Origin: Epithemia pelagica
Lineage: Eukaryota > Protista > Bacillariophyta
Direction: 5' to 3'
DNA: 64,000 nt
NCBI GenBank assembly: GCA_946965045.2
Contig: OX337237.1
Location: 1,922,001-1,986,000 of the forward strand
Shown: piece after piece, positions 49,777 to 62,600 of the stretch
How positions within the stretch are numbered: the first letter of the stretch is position 1
Layout of the letters: each line of letters starts with the position of its first letter
Notes under the pieces: model-generated
What the model saw: the letters and a program-made list of their open reading frames with translations, nothing else
Told to the model about the DNA's origin: nothing
Databases searched by the model: none
Made by a program: the position numbers and the translations under genes

Positions 49777-49870
49777 ACATCTAAGGGAGGAAAACTCCCC
49801 CTTTTTCATAAAATGGGCCCCCAAATGCACAGGGGGAGCGGATTTTATGCACTCAAATGCACCTCCCAAC
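49777..49870. repeat. Candidate left TIR, hairpin and subterminal motifs
   Basis: ACATCTAAGGGAG; hairpin GGGAG-5nt-CTCCC; CATAAAATG..CCCC and AAATGCAC motifs inverted relative to 3220-3290. Confidence 0.55.
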
Positions 49871-50339
49871 CACTAAAATGGACCAAAACACACATTTAAC
49901 TACATTTTAAGACACTAAAAAGCAAAAAGTCGCTAATAAGATTTCTCTAAATGCACATTCCTGAATCTTATCATCTCAACAATGACTAGTATGCTCACGA
50001 CCCGCGACTAACACCCCATTTAAGCGACCAATCCATTCTACACGATTGCACACCCGACACATGTCAGACCAAAGACCCTGCACCATTCGTCAATTAGAGT
50101 ATTGAAGCGCTTAGGCGTGATGCATTTACAATGTTTTTCCAAGTGTACGCAATCAAATACCTATCACTCCATAATACTCACATGTTGTTCTCATCAAAGT
50201 CCCACCAACAGCGGCAAAAAGTATCACTCCAAACCCAACAGCAGCAGCACCAGCACAAGAAGAATGCTGCTTCATTGCTTTGCTTTGTTGACGGTCTATA
50301 ACGATCAGGTTGCTTTCTTCTTTTACTGAGCTTGTTCAA

Positions 50340-50700
50340 GAGAGAAGAGTATTGGATTGGATTTTCCCTTCGGTGATTGTGTTGAATTTATTCGGTGGAT
50401 TGTTGAAGTGTTGAAGAGAGGAGAGAAGAGAGAAGAAGAGGATCTCACCAGTACTGGATTGGATTTTTCCTTCGGTTTCTATTGAAGAGTGGATTGGATT
50501 TTTTTCCTTCGGTGGTTGTACTGAGTCTATAGAAGAGAAGAGTGGTACTGGATTGGATTTTTTCCTTCGGTGGTTGTGTTGAAATCTTTAGAAGAGTGGA
50601 TTGGAATTTTGCTTCGGTGGTTGTGCTGAATCTAGTGAGGAGTGGTACTGGGTTTATCTTTCCTTCGGTGGTTGTGTTGAATCTATTTGGTGGAATGTTG
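50340..50700 (+). repeat. Degenerate ~50-bp subterminal repeats (about 6 copies)
   Basis: Recurring GGATTGGATTTTT(C)CTTCGGTGGTTGTGTTGAA at ~50355, 50455, 50490, 50550, 50600 and 50650. Confidence 0.85.
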
Positions 50701-52079
50701 AAGAGAGAAGAGGATCTCAGCTGCAACAAGAGTTCCGGTAGTGACTTCTTGCAAAATCTCCATTGGAGTAGAAGTGTTGCCTGGTTCATATTTTGTTTGC
50801 TTGTACTGCATTGTTCCGGGTTTTGGGTACAGAGGCATAACAAGCAGGAGAAATGGTAGTAGCCTGTTGTGGGGTTTCTAAACCACTCTGTAACCTTTAC
50901 CTTCCTCAAGACAACTATTGGCTTTTTGTCACTTGACTTGTTGAACAATGGATGTTCCTCAAGTTTCTCGAAAACAAGCAACAGTAGAGGAAAAAGGCAA
51001 GATGGTGCCAAAAGGGGAAGAAAATGAGGGCAAAAAAGAAGACAATGGTAAGCCAATTGAGGATTTGATGCAAGAAGATACAGAAGTGTCCTCGACAGAT
51101 TCTACACTCGGTAATCTTTCTGTGCCAGATCCCAGTCGGTTGAACCAGGAATTGTCCCGAGAATTAGATGACTTCCTACAATCACCAATGACATTCGAAA
51201 TGGCCTTGGACAGATACGAAACCGTGTACTGGGATCGATGGTATTGGCATGAGGTAGAATCTCTTCCTATCTTTGGTCCACAAGGAATCCCAGAAACTTG
51301 TAGGCCGGAATTGCCAATCATCCATTCAGTATCTTGTCTCATATTGCCATATCTACACCTAAGATTAAATCGGAAGTGGGGTCTAAAAGACATGGGACAA
51401 TGGAAGAGAGAGAGATAGTGGCAATTGATTTATTCAGGAAGACTTTGTTCACTCATGCCTTGGATATGTGGACGCGTTGTTTCACGGCCTCTGGTGGTCT
51501 GCCGAATGAATTTGATTTAGTCACAAGAAAATTTGTCTGGTCACATGGTCTGATTCAGGAAAGTGACGATAAGGCACGTGCTTTAGCAAGGGCTTGAGGC
51601 AACATCTACTTCGGAGGAATATGAGGTATCGGAAGACTTTGGATGTTGACGTCCAAAGTATTGTTTGGACTTTGAAGCATATGGCCAATGTCTTTACATG
51701 TCTTCATCCAGATGGACTTACCATGAGTGAAGAAGAGATGTGCAAAAGTTTGGTTTATGCATTTCGTGGAGGGTGGTGTAAAGATGCACAGTTCCAGCCA
51801 TCTTTTCCAGGGTATCCCAATCGATCTTTCAATCAGATGATACATATATACACCCATTATTCTGTGTTCCTAAATAGACTTCCACAAGAAAAGGAAATAC
51901 AAGAAAGAAGGGGGGCTCGGTCAAGGAAGAACAGAAAATCTTCCAAATATTTTCCGAGTTCCGATTGTCAAGAAATGCTCGGCGATGTCACACCAGAGAA
52001 GAAAAAATTGTCTATCAAGCGTTCTGTTCTGGGATATTACAGTGAACCTGTCCAGAAAAAAAGAAAATTACTGCCGGAG

Positions 52080-52562
52080 GGACATGGTGTGGGTGGTATG
52101 GTGGGTAAAGGAGACAAATCGACAAAGCGACTTCTTCACTCTGAGCCACCACATGGTGGAGGTGGTATGGTGGGTAAAGAAGACAAATCGACAAAACGGC
52201 TTCTTCCCTCTGCGCCACCACATGGTGTATTGGCCATGATGCATACGGAAGACAAATCGACAAAACGGCTTCTTCCCTCTGAGCCACCAAATGGTGTATT
52301 GGCCATGATGCATACAGAAGACAAATCGAATAAGCGGCTTCTTCCCTCTGCGCCACCACATGGTGTATTGGCCATGATGCATACAGAAGACAAATCGAAT
52401 AAGCGGCTTCTTCCCTCTGAGCCACCACATGGTGTATTGGCCATGATGCATACAGAAGACAAATGGAATAAACAGCTTCTTCCCTCTGAGCCACCACACG
52501 GTGTAGGTGGCATGGTGCATAAAGAAGACAAATCGAATAAACGACTTCTTCCTTCTGAGTCA
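52080..52562 (+). repeat. Coding tandem repeat, 7 x 69 bp (23 aa)
   Basis: PHGVLAMMHTEDKSNKRLLPS(E/A)P units in ORF 51594-52928. Confidence 0.95.
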
Positions 52563-52937
52563 CTGGAAGATGACGGCGTTCCATGTAATGCTCTTGCTAT
52601 TGTTGTCAAAGAGGACCCCGAAGGAACGCTTCAGAAACTTGTTGATTGCGATCCCCAACCTCCTGGATTGGATGTTCAGCTTATACCAAAATCTCGAAAA
52701 CACGAGCAACGGTTTTTGTCGGTTCTGCCACGGGTTGGGCGAAATTACAGTGACTTTTGTGTTCATACCAAACCTTTGTCTAAGGTCGCTAAATCAGAGT
52801 TGTCTGGTCTGGCATACCCCTTGTTCCAATGCCATGAATGTGCAATATATAACAAGACATTGAGTGTCAAGGCTCCGCATAAATATATTTCATTCTTGTC
52901 TTTTGCGGAGGCTGATACAAATTCATGAAAAAAGCTA

Positions 52938-54227
52938 ATGCAGCATTGGATGACTGGACTAAGAGATGGAATGGATCAGCCATTTTCTCTTCTCGACAGC
53001 TTTCTAACATTGTGTTGCCACAATTATCACAATGGAAGAGTGTGTCTGTTTTACGTCTTGAAACCAGATCTTAGCAGACCGCCGAGAGAGATACTCGACC
53101 AACGATCATGGAAGACGGACAAAACTGAGAAAATCTTGGTTCTTCTTGGCTCGGGAAGTCCACATGTCGCGTTCCTTTGGATTGATTTGAAACAAGAACT
53201 TATAACATTATATGACACTGTCTCGCGAACAGAAGATTCATATTGGACTCATGCAATTCAGTACACTCTGTGGTACCTTGGCCTTGTTTCTGTATCTTGT
53301 TCCGATGTACCGAGTTTCGGACAAAAAAGCCAAGGTGGAAACTACAACTGGAACATGAGGTTCGACACACCATTTCAAGGTAAATCCGACGGTGTCTTTC
53401 CATCGATTGTGAGAGCATGTGCTATTGGTGAGTTTCTGCTTTCATACCCAGCAACAACCAAAGCAAGTTCAAACATGAAAACGATGTTTCAGGATTGCTT
53501 GCGGAAATTCCAAAAATATGGCAAGAAAGCTTTGTATTCTGAGTCAACACTTACTTGTGTTCAGAGAAAGGCGGTGACCACTATCCTTGACGAAAGTGTG
53601 CAACTCGACAAAAAGGATTCATCTAAAAAACATAAATTGGTTCCGCCTCCTGATATGAAACTAACGATCCCTCGCAAGATAACTGTCAATCATATGGAGA
53701 ATGACGCAAGTCGAATGACAGAAGAACCTGTTGACTGTGAAAAGGATAGAAGAACCCATGTTGCGATAGAAGTTCATATCCATAAGGAAAAGAAAATCAC
53801 CATGGGCAATGAGAAAGGGAAAACAAAAGATTCAGTCCAAAAGCAAAAGCATATTATGGGCAACGACACGGGGCAGACAAAAGACTCGAACTCCAAAGAA
53901 GAGAAGAAACGAAGCGGTAGGGAACTCCCAGTACAAAAAAAGAACACTACGGTGGGTGTACCGGTGAAGGATGACAAAAATGTTCCTGGTCAAGACAAGA
54001 AAACAAGTCTCGAGAATGGCGGTGCTCAAGAATCTGAACATTGGGAACCTCTGGGAATTGGACAAGAACACACCAAGATAGGTGATAGTCAAGAAAAAGA
54101 AACACAGATTCCCACACAAGACGATGGAAAAGTCACAACAATCAAGAATGGAAAACCAGATGAAGGACTAGACGACCTAGGGAAGAAGAGACAAGTTCTG
54201 ACACATGAGAACGAGAAGAAAATTTAG
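52938..54227 (+). pseudogene. Ulp1/C48 peptidase-like domain plus Lys/Glu-rich tail
   Basis: HVAFLWID...ITLYD and QGKSDGVF resemble the H-D-Q-(C) core, but there is no Cys before GVF. Confidence 0.5.
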
Positions 54228-54849
54228 GAACCCAAGAACACAAATCCAAACAAATTGTAACAACCACACTCACATCAACCACGACATACAACGAAGACTA
54301 TCGTTCCACAAAAAAGAGAACAGAAAAACTGTGACGACTGTCAAGAGAGCACCACAGAGAAAAACCATGGCGAAAAATACTCCAGCAGGCACTGGACCTA
54401 AACAAGTGGAAGCAGGAAAAACCTCTTAAACGAAGCTGTTTGCGGATCTAGATAATCAGAAACGAAAAAAGAAGGAGTTAGTGAAAGGAAAGGAAAAGAG
54501 TGACACCCGATATGCACAAGCAGCAGAACGCCGGAAAAATAGAGAAACCTGCAACTGAACAGAAATATGGACTTTATGACCCGTTTGGCTATTGCTCATG
54601 CCTGGGAGCCTGATGAAGTTTGTGACAGAGCAATATTTGTCTGTCACACCTGTGGAGTGTACAATAAAAACATGGATACTGACTATATGGGAACAGACGT
54701 CTTCATCTCACACAAGGCTTGTCGCAAAAGACACTGTTGTATGAAGGGATGTGATGTAGACCATTTCATAATGGAGTCTTTTATGACATTTGTATCAACA
54801 TCAAAACCATCAAGACATCTCTCTGTCAAGGAATCACCTGGTTTTCCTA

Positions 54850-56775
54850 CTCCCTCCGTTCCAAAATTATTGCAACAAGTTTTTTTGGTAAAATCAGTCG
54901 CACAAAACACCCTCGTAGGCCCTGGTACATTTCTACAGGGGGATGGCTGGCTCATTCGGAGTCGAATTTTGCAGATGAACATTCACTGTGACACGTGCCC
55001 AAAAATCTATCCAGGCCTTCAATCCTCACTCCCCATCGGCCAAGGACTTCACTCATCTCCGACCACGACCACCAAAAACTCACGAGCAGCAGCAACAACA
55101 ACACAATACACACAACGATCCTAATCCTAGGGTGACAATCATTGGCCGTGGCCCCTGGTCGCCTCCTTGTTCAAGTGGAGGTCGACCAGGTATTCTTGTG
55201 ACTAGTACTTTAAGTTCTAATCTTGTATATTGCTGTTTGTAGGACTGGTGAGGTCGTCTGTCACTTGCAGGACATGGGGAAGCTCCCCTTTCCTCTCCAG
55301 ACCCTGTTTGCCCATGTGTGGTAGTTTGTAGTCATTTCCTCCCCCTGCTTCAATTATTTCATTGAAGCAGGATTGGAGGGTGAGCCATGTGTGGTTCAGT
55401 CGCTCCCTGGGATAGGAATCAAAAGCATTCTGTACAGATTCCAGCAGCTGTGCCTCATTCGACCCAACAATCAAATTGCAACTCTGTATGGCCCTGAAAA
55501 AGCCCAGATCACATATGTTTGTGTCTGGGCTGTTGGGAGCTTGTGTAAAAAACTCGGCCCTCACTCCCAACTCTTTCATGGACCTGAGAAACTCAACAAA
55601 GTACATGTCTCCATCCTTGATATGGGACTTGGCGCCATCCTGTTGAATCCTTATGGTTCTCTTGTTTCTGTCTGCTTGTGGCCACTTCTCCAATATTGCT
55701 GGCATTAGTTTTTCCACAAGTAAATCCCTGTAGACCTCTCTGTTAACAGTAATGTTCTTCCATACCATAGTCCCCTTTTCCCTGTTGACGCTGTTCCTCT
55801 TAGCAGGGACCCACTCCCCAATGGGCCAAATGCCCAGTTTACCATCCCACCATTGATTGAGCGCAGGAACAAAGCGAGGGCGAGCCACAGCACAAAAGAA
55901 CATTACTTTTGTGATGTGGCTCTTGTGTTTGCATGTCCTCTGTGGATCCTCTTTATTGTCTGCCAAGACAAAACGCTGTGCATCCTTCGACACAAAAAAC
56001 CACTTTTCATCAACATGGATCATGTCAAGCATGTCCTGGTACTCACCGGGTTTCAAAGGGTTCACAAAGGACTGAGCCATGAGGTATCTAGTCATCTTGT
56101 TGGTCTCAGTCAAGAAGGGCTTCAAGGAGTTGGTGTGGCATCGTAGAGTGCCTTTTTTAACCCAACGATGGACTGTGCTCTTTGAAACACCCAAAACGGC
56201 GGAGAGTTGTTCCTGAGATCTTTGCTTCATCAATGGGACATTTTTAACCGCCTCTCTGACTTCCGGTGAAGAACAGATAGGAAGTCGTCCACGCGCGCGT
56301 GCGTTGGATGAAATTTCAGGAGAGTTAATTACGGTCTCCGTGCGTGATTTCTTCGCGCGCTCCCAAAGTCTACTTATGGTGCATCGATGCACACCAAACA
56401 TTTTGGCGACACCAGACAAAACACCTCTGGGCAAGGTGCCAGAAAGGTTGAAGGTTAGAAGGATGGCCATGGCACGTCCGCGGTCTTCTGCCCGCAATTC
56501 CTTATACTTTACCCCCCTCCGGGGCTGGCTGGTGCCATGGTTTGGGGTGGTCTGTGGGGCTAGAACCGGTACGCCAAAGTCAGGGGTTTTCTTTTTGCTT
56601 ACTTTAGCTCCCCGTAACTCTCCAGGATTGTGAGATGGAACATACAAATTATACATCGAAATGTGGGTCTTGTAATAAGCTTTCGATCTATATAATTTTT
56701 AGCGCCAACGGGCTGGCGCTTGAGACGTTACGTCATTTTTAGAAACTTGTTGCGATAATTTTGGAACGAAGGGAG
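54850..56775 (-). mobile_element. Complete Tc1/mariner element (plant mariner/Stowaway-type ends), 1926 bp
   Basis: TA target duplication at 54848-49 and 56776-77. The 33-bp TIRs (CTCCCTCCGTTCCAAAATTATTGCAACAAGTTT) differ by 2 mismatches. Confidence 0.95.
55217..56656 (-). CDS. Mariner-like transposase, intact, DD42D
   Basis: 479 aa with an N-terminal HTH, HVDEKWF, IQQDGAKSH and PNSPDTNICDLGFF; 42 residues separate the 2nd and 3rd Asp. Confidence 0.92.
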   Translation of the reverse strand: MYNLYVPSHNPGELRGAKVSKKKTPDFGVPVLAPQTTPNHGTSQPRRGVKYKELRAEDRGRAMAILLTFNLSGTLPRGVLSGVAKMFGVHRCTISRLWERAKKSRTETVINSPEISSNARARGRLPICSSPEVREAVKNVPLMKQRSQEQLSAVLGVSKSTVHRWVKKGTLRCHTNSLKPFLTETNKMTRYLMAQSFVNPLKPGEYQDMLDMIHVDEKWFFVSKDAQRFVLADNKEDPQRTCKHKSHITKVMFFCAVARPRFVPALNQWWDGKLGIWPIGEWVPAKRNSVNREKGTMVWKNITVNREVYRDLLVEKLMPAILEKWPQADRNKRTIRIQQDGAKSHIKDGDMYFVEFLRSMKELGVRAEFFTQAPNSPDTNICDLGFFRAIQSCNLIVGSNEAQLLESVQNAFDSYPRERLNHTWLTLQSCFNEIIEAGGGNDYKLPHMGKQGLERKGELPHVLQVTDDLTSPTNSNIQD

Positions 56776-57195
56776 TAAGTTGCAATCTTTGTCCAAACAC
56801 TGAAGATATGCTATAAGCATATGAGGACTATCATCGAGACTTGCTACACATGTTCAAGAATCAAACACCAACACCTAGTTTGATGTTGTTTCTACTTTCT
56901 TTCAAGGAAGAGGGAGAAAGATGTCCAACTGATCAAGCTTCGGAGTTTGAAATAATTCATAATCATTGTCTCCTCCTTCTATCTCCGGAGGAAAAAAAGG
57001 GACACTGTATGACCCGTCTGAGAATGGATCCATCGACAAATGGATCTACGGTATTCAGTGGATTCTCCATCGACTAGGTTTTTTGAATATCCAATCAAAT
57101 AAACCACCTCCTGATTTGAAGAATCCCAAATCAACGACATCTCAGGAAAGATCTGATGCTTCCAGGTCTCCAGGGAAAAAAAGGACATCGGTATA

Positions 57196-57834
57196 GTGAT
57201 TTCAGATTGGTATGCGAATCTCGATCAACGCTGCAGAATGTATATCACAAGGGAATCGTACATTCCATCAAAAATTGTTCTTTCAGTTGTGTTTACAAGA
57301 TTGTATGATGCAATAACCAAGGGCGCAAAATGTTCACATGGGAAACTATCTCTGGTGGATCTCCCTACTAACTGTGAAGACTGTCCTATTGCGCTCAACT
57401 TGCTCATTCAAGACAGTATTCTACATGCAAAGTCAACTTCCAGTTTACACCCTTTATCATTGACAGAAATTCCACATGATATTAAAGAATCTACAATCCC
57501 AGAGGATGCCACTAAAAATTATGGAAAGAGAGTCGCAGCAAAAACGCGAAAAGAAGGAACAATATACAAAGATAGTGGTTACAGCAAGGGTGTTTCTAAG
57601 GATGAGTTTACACAGACCTTATTGGAGGAAAATTCTGCCTATCATTTGGTTCAGAAGACTATCAAAGAGTTGCAAGAGGGTGGAGCGTGTCCAATTTGTC
57701 ACAATGATGTGGAAAGTTCTGAAGAAATGTATTTTTTGGAATGTGGTCACATGGTCCACAAGGTTTGTTGGAGTGTTCGGGCTGGTTTCGGCCAAGATAA
57801 TTCAAAATGTCCGGTATGTGAAGCATCCGTATAA
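57196..57834 (+). CDS. Segment ending in a RING-H2 finger
   Basis: CPIC...ECGHMVHKVC...CPVC (C3H2C3). Confidence 0.8.
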   Translation: MISDWYANLDQRCRMYITRESYIPSKIVLSVVFTRLYDAITKGAKCSHGKLSLVDLPTNCEDCPIALNLLIQDSILHAKSTSSLHPLSLTEIPHDIKESTIPEDATKNYGKRVAAKTRKEGTIYKDSGYSKGVSKDEFTQTLLEENSAYHLVQKTIKELQEGGACPICHNDVESSEEMYFLECGHMVHKVCWSVRAGFGQDNSKCPVCEASV

Positions 57835-59652
57835 GAAAAAAAAACAAAAGGCAGTAATTTCGTTTTCTGGTTTCGAATATGCCCTGGTCAAAGAGAACTT
57901 GATAGAAGCACAGGGTTTGGAGCAAGAAAACAATGATGAGAACAACGACGTCCCAAATACAGAAAAAGTCATGACCGGAAATAAAGATATGCAAAATGAT
58001 AGGGCAGGATTAGTAGACAGGGAAGACGATGAATCTGATAGTGAACAAGAACACATGGAGTCGAAGTCATCCAAGTCCGAACGATTAGATTTACCAATGG
58101 AAGAAGATCTAAAACCACCGGCCAAGGAGAATAATGAACAAATGGAAGAGGACCTCAAGCCTGCGGCAGAGGAACATACCAAGTTGGATGAAAACTTGTC
58201 GCCTGAGGAACGAATCAGGAAACAAGCTCTTTCTCAAAACGACAAAGGCGAAGAATCCAAGGAACAGAAAAAGAGGTAGAGAGGAAAGGCAAAGAGAAAG
58301 CCCAAAAGGAGGAAGGAAAAACACGGGAAACACGGGAAGGGCAACGCAAAGAGAAAGCCCAAAAGGAGAAAGGAAAATCTCAGGATGGGCAAGACAAAAA
58401 GACAATGAAAATTGACGGTCATACCACCAAGAACGCCAATTCAATGTGTGTCTTGGGTGCTACCAGAGGATCCCAAAAACAAGAGGAATGAAAGGAATGA
58501 AAAAGAAACTCCTCGAGAATCGACCAGAAAGAGCACGACAACAAGGGAACCAACACAAACAACACCTATCTCACAGTCACAACCCTCAATGCTTTCTCGA
58601 TTATCGAACTCGGTTCCTCCAAGGAACCATCCATCTTCACTAGAACAAGGTCCACTAAGTGCACCTGTTCCAAGAACATCAAGCAAAGAATTTCGTTCAC
58701 ATTCACGAAATTCTGTATCTGCACGAGAGAATTTTCCACGGTCATGAAATTCTGCTTCTCCACGTGGTCGAGTATCAATGGTGGTCATTAAGGGCAAAAA
58801 CGAAAATTCCAGGGTCCTCCAGGAAGAGTTCATCCACATGGTAGTCAAGGAGATCAATACCATGATTCAATGAGGGAAACTCTCGATTCCCAAAGTGTCC
58901 AACGAATTGTTGAATTTCCACCACCACCAGAAGGTTATATGTTGGTGCAGAAACCTGAATATCAAGAAAATCACATGTCATACCAGTCAGTACACCATCC
59001 AAATGATGGAGGTAGAGAAAGATCACTGTATTATCCAACCGACAGACATAAAGGATATCCAAGAGAATTTCGAGAATCGGGATGACATGACAAAGACTAT
59101 AGAAACACAAACTGGATGGAAAGAGGAAGTAGTAGAGAATATCAAGGAAAAGAGGAGTTCAATAGATCGAGAAGGGTGAGAGAAATACGAGACGTGAGAA
59201 GAAACGAAGATGAATGGTCTGTTGATCCCCATAGAAGTCCAGAATCTTCTAAAAACCGGAGTAGAAGAAGAGCACCACATAGATACGATCAGGAAATTGG
59301 AACTCAGGATGATGAGTATGATCATGCGAGTAAAGAGTATAGAGTGCAAAGAGAACAAGATTCTATCCCTTGAGGACACAGGGAGAGAGATTATCAAGAG
59401 AATGAACTCAGAGAAAGAGAATACCCAGGTCGGAGATCACAAGGGGAAGATGATTATGTACAAAGAGAAAACAGAGATAGAATTGACTACCCAGACGATC
59501 AGAATGAACGAAATAACAGAGAAAGTCAACCTCCCGAACACCAAAGGGAAAATGGAGAAGATTATAGTAGCGAAGAAGATCAAGAATATAGGTCAGTTCC
59601 TTCTTGAACAATTATATAATAAAACCAAGACAAGAAATATTGATCATTGATT

Positions 59653-62600
59653 CTATTCCTGTGAATTTAGAAAAATGAACGATATACAAGCAAATACACA
59701 GCAAGGGTTAGATTGTTCCAAAGCAGAACTTGAGAAATACATCAAGCAAAAACCACAAAGAGCCAGTTCGACTATATTGTCAATAACAAGACACAGTGAC
59801 GGTACTGGTTTAAGAATCGATAAGACTGGTATGATTGCCACGTCTGCAATCTTTGTTCTCCCATTATATTTCTTCCTCCATCGATGGAAGAGAACAGATG
59901 ATCTCTTTTTGTCTGTTGCCGTCCGTATTGCACAAGTTTGCACCATGGCGTGTGTTATCTGATTTCTCGTTGAACTGTTAGTTTGTGTGTTGCTCGGCTC
60001 AGGTAAACAGAGGAAACAAATAACCTGGCAGAGGGAATTTGTCATTTCATAATTGCTTCTAAAGGGTGGACGACCTTCCTTTGGAACTTTTGCTAACACC
60101 CAATCCCTCCACGGACCATCACTCTGATAATTTGGATGAGACCGTATGGTACCAAGTTCTCTCTTTTTGTTCTGGAAGGAACACTCGGTACATCCTTCAA
60201 TCACAAAACATTCATCTTCGGATTCTATCTCCAGATGGGCTCTCACACTTTCTAAGTGTATCTGCAAGAATTCTTTTGCGAATGCTGGGAAAGTCATATC
60301 AAGAGAAGTTTTACCCACATACTCAACTTCAATGACATCTCTCTTATTACTCGCATCTTCTGTATGATTTTCGTTTGGAAGACTTTGCAACAAAATTTCA
60401 TTGTTGCCAGATCCTTCTTCAAAGACAACCGCTCCCTGTGGTAGTTCGATATTTGATGGGACATTGATTTTCCTGTTACTATTGGAACCACTTTGTTCAA
60501 CGGTACTAACTTTGGACACCTTCTTGAACGATATATATATATATATATATGTACTGGTTGGTCCGTGTGTCACGCTATGTTGGGAGATATTCCGAGGGTG
60601 TTTTTTCTTGCGAACCTCACTTGGAACCTGACCATTTTTCAAGATACGAAGTTCCTCTTGATCAATTCCCAGAGCCACCCGAAGTATTTCCAATGCCTGC
60701 ATCAGCCAAATGGTATTCCCAAGTTGGCATGTGAAAACACCGTTACTCCGTTTCTGCACAGTCTTTGCATTCCTTTTCACGATCTCTTTGTGGTTACTTT
60801 CCTCTGATTTGACGTCAATCCCTTTTAGCGGTCCAAAATTTGTGATTTGCATTGGAATATGAGAGAGATTGTGGTACATCAGAAATTTTCCATCCGTTGG
60901 ACATAATACCACCTTTTTATCAACTCTGGGAGCCAAACGACGTATCCCCTTCATCATGATCTTTATGGAATTGTCTGATTTGGAAGATGTCTCCATCGCA
61001 TTCATTGAAGTTGCATTGCTTTCCCAGAAAACATCCTTAAGCACCCAGCATTCTTTGAAGTTGCATTGCTTTCCCAGAAAACATCCTTACGCACCCAGCC
61101 GTGAAAGCATAATATCGTCTCGAACAAATGAAGGTAATCAAGGTAAGGCTCTCTGTCATCATCATCCCAAATGGATCTGTATGCTTCTGGGTCGTCTTGA
61201 AAGGTTGGATCTATAGTAACGTGCGTTGATGTGACGGTGTTTTTGTCGTCGTCTTCTGGATCCGGTGTAACCCCGGTTATATCCACGGCACTCTCATTAT
61301 CACTTTCCTCTCCTCTTGTATGTTCCACTAGTTCTCTTTCATTTTTTGATTGTTTACTCTCTCTTTTCTTCCATTCACCAACCATTTTTTCCCATTTCTT
61401 TTTCATTGTATCCGCAAATATAAGCTGTCCCCTGATAGTGACACAAACATTATTCCAACCCATTCATTTGCAGTGATGTTGGATACATTACTGATCCCAG
61501 CAGAAAACATCGTCTTGGGGCAACCATGTGTTGAGGAATATGAAAACAGTGTTTGGCGATTCGCGCGGAAAATTGAATTGTACAGGTAATCGAACATTGC
61601 CCTTTCTGTTTTTGTCATCATATTGAAAAAGTTCATCATGATATACCTGACCACACCTGTTTTCAAAGTATGCATTACATCACAACAAGCGGCTGTTGTG
61701 ATCCCATGTTCTTTATTCATGCCTTCACCCATATACAATTGAGTCAATATACTGTCTACCTTGTATTGGCCTATTTCTTGCAAGATTTTTTCTGATTCTT
61801 TCACCTTGACTGTAATGTCCCGATTGTTATGGCTTTCTGACTCGACAAGTGGTTCCCCATCATTATTCAAACCCATTGCAGTTAGACTGAGTTCTCGTAT
61901 TTTATCACTTCGTAAGTTATGACATTCATGCCAAGGATAACTTGCTTCGACGGGAAGAATATCACAAGCCCATGTAAGACGACCGACCTTGGCATGGTTT
62001 GAGGCATATCGACCAACCAAATTATCCTGTGATTTGGCATCACCTTTAATGGCAATCAAGGGTAAGATCAATTTGACAACACGTTCATGACCGTGTAAAC
62101 GGAGTCTCATCCATAATCCTCCTTTCTCATGGATCCGATGAAGGGCTTGGAATAAGACTCTTAGTTGGGAATGATAATTGCGACAGGGTGCTCCTTTGGA
62201 TTGTATATGTTTTGCCGCGGATGATTTTCTATCGAGATCAGAGACCAAACCCAATATTATCTGGCGTTCTGGTTTCCTCATTTCAGATAGAGTCAAGAAA
62301 GACGGAACCATCACAACAGGTTCTGCCGTGAATCGGCCATCTTGAGTTGCATGAGTCTTGTCTGTGTAACAGACCAAACCAACAACAAAAGCATCTTTGT
62401 CACACTTATACTTCTCGACTGTTTTCTGGAATACCATTCCATCCTGGATATTCTCAAGTAGAAGGTTTGGTTCATATGGCTTGTAAGGGTCATCTCTGTC
62501 GAGTATTGTATTCACTGGTTTTGACACTTCAGGATCTTGTAGCACTCTTTGCAGCTGATGGATAAAATCAAAAACAACCGTCTTGATGGATTTCTCACTT

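Larger units (their letters stand above)
50948..59610 (+). pseudogene. Large multidomain cargo gene, broken by frameshifts, stops and a mariner insertion
   Basis: The + ORFs chain together: 50948, 51334, 51594 and 52938 (the last two in the same frame, separated by one TGA), then 54567, 56841-57834 and an acidic/basic low-complexity tail converging on the transposase stop. Confidence 0.55.

Noticed and set aside
60531-60550. (AT)n tract as a regulatory feature or intron
   Set aside because: It is a short microsatellite inside the pseudogenised transposase with no supporting splice evidence.
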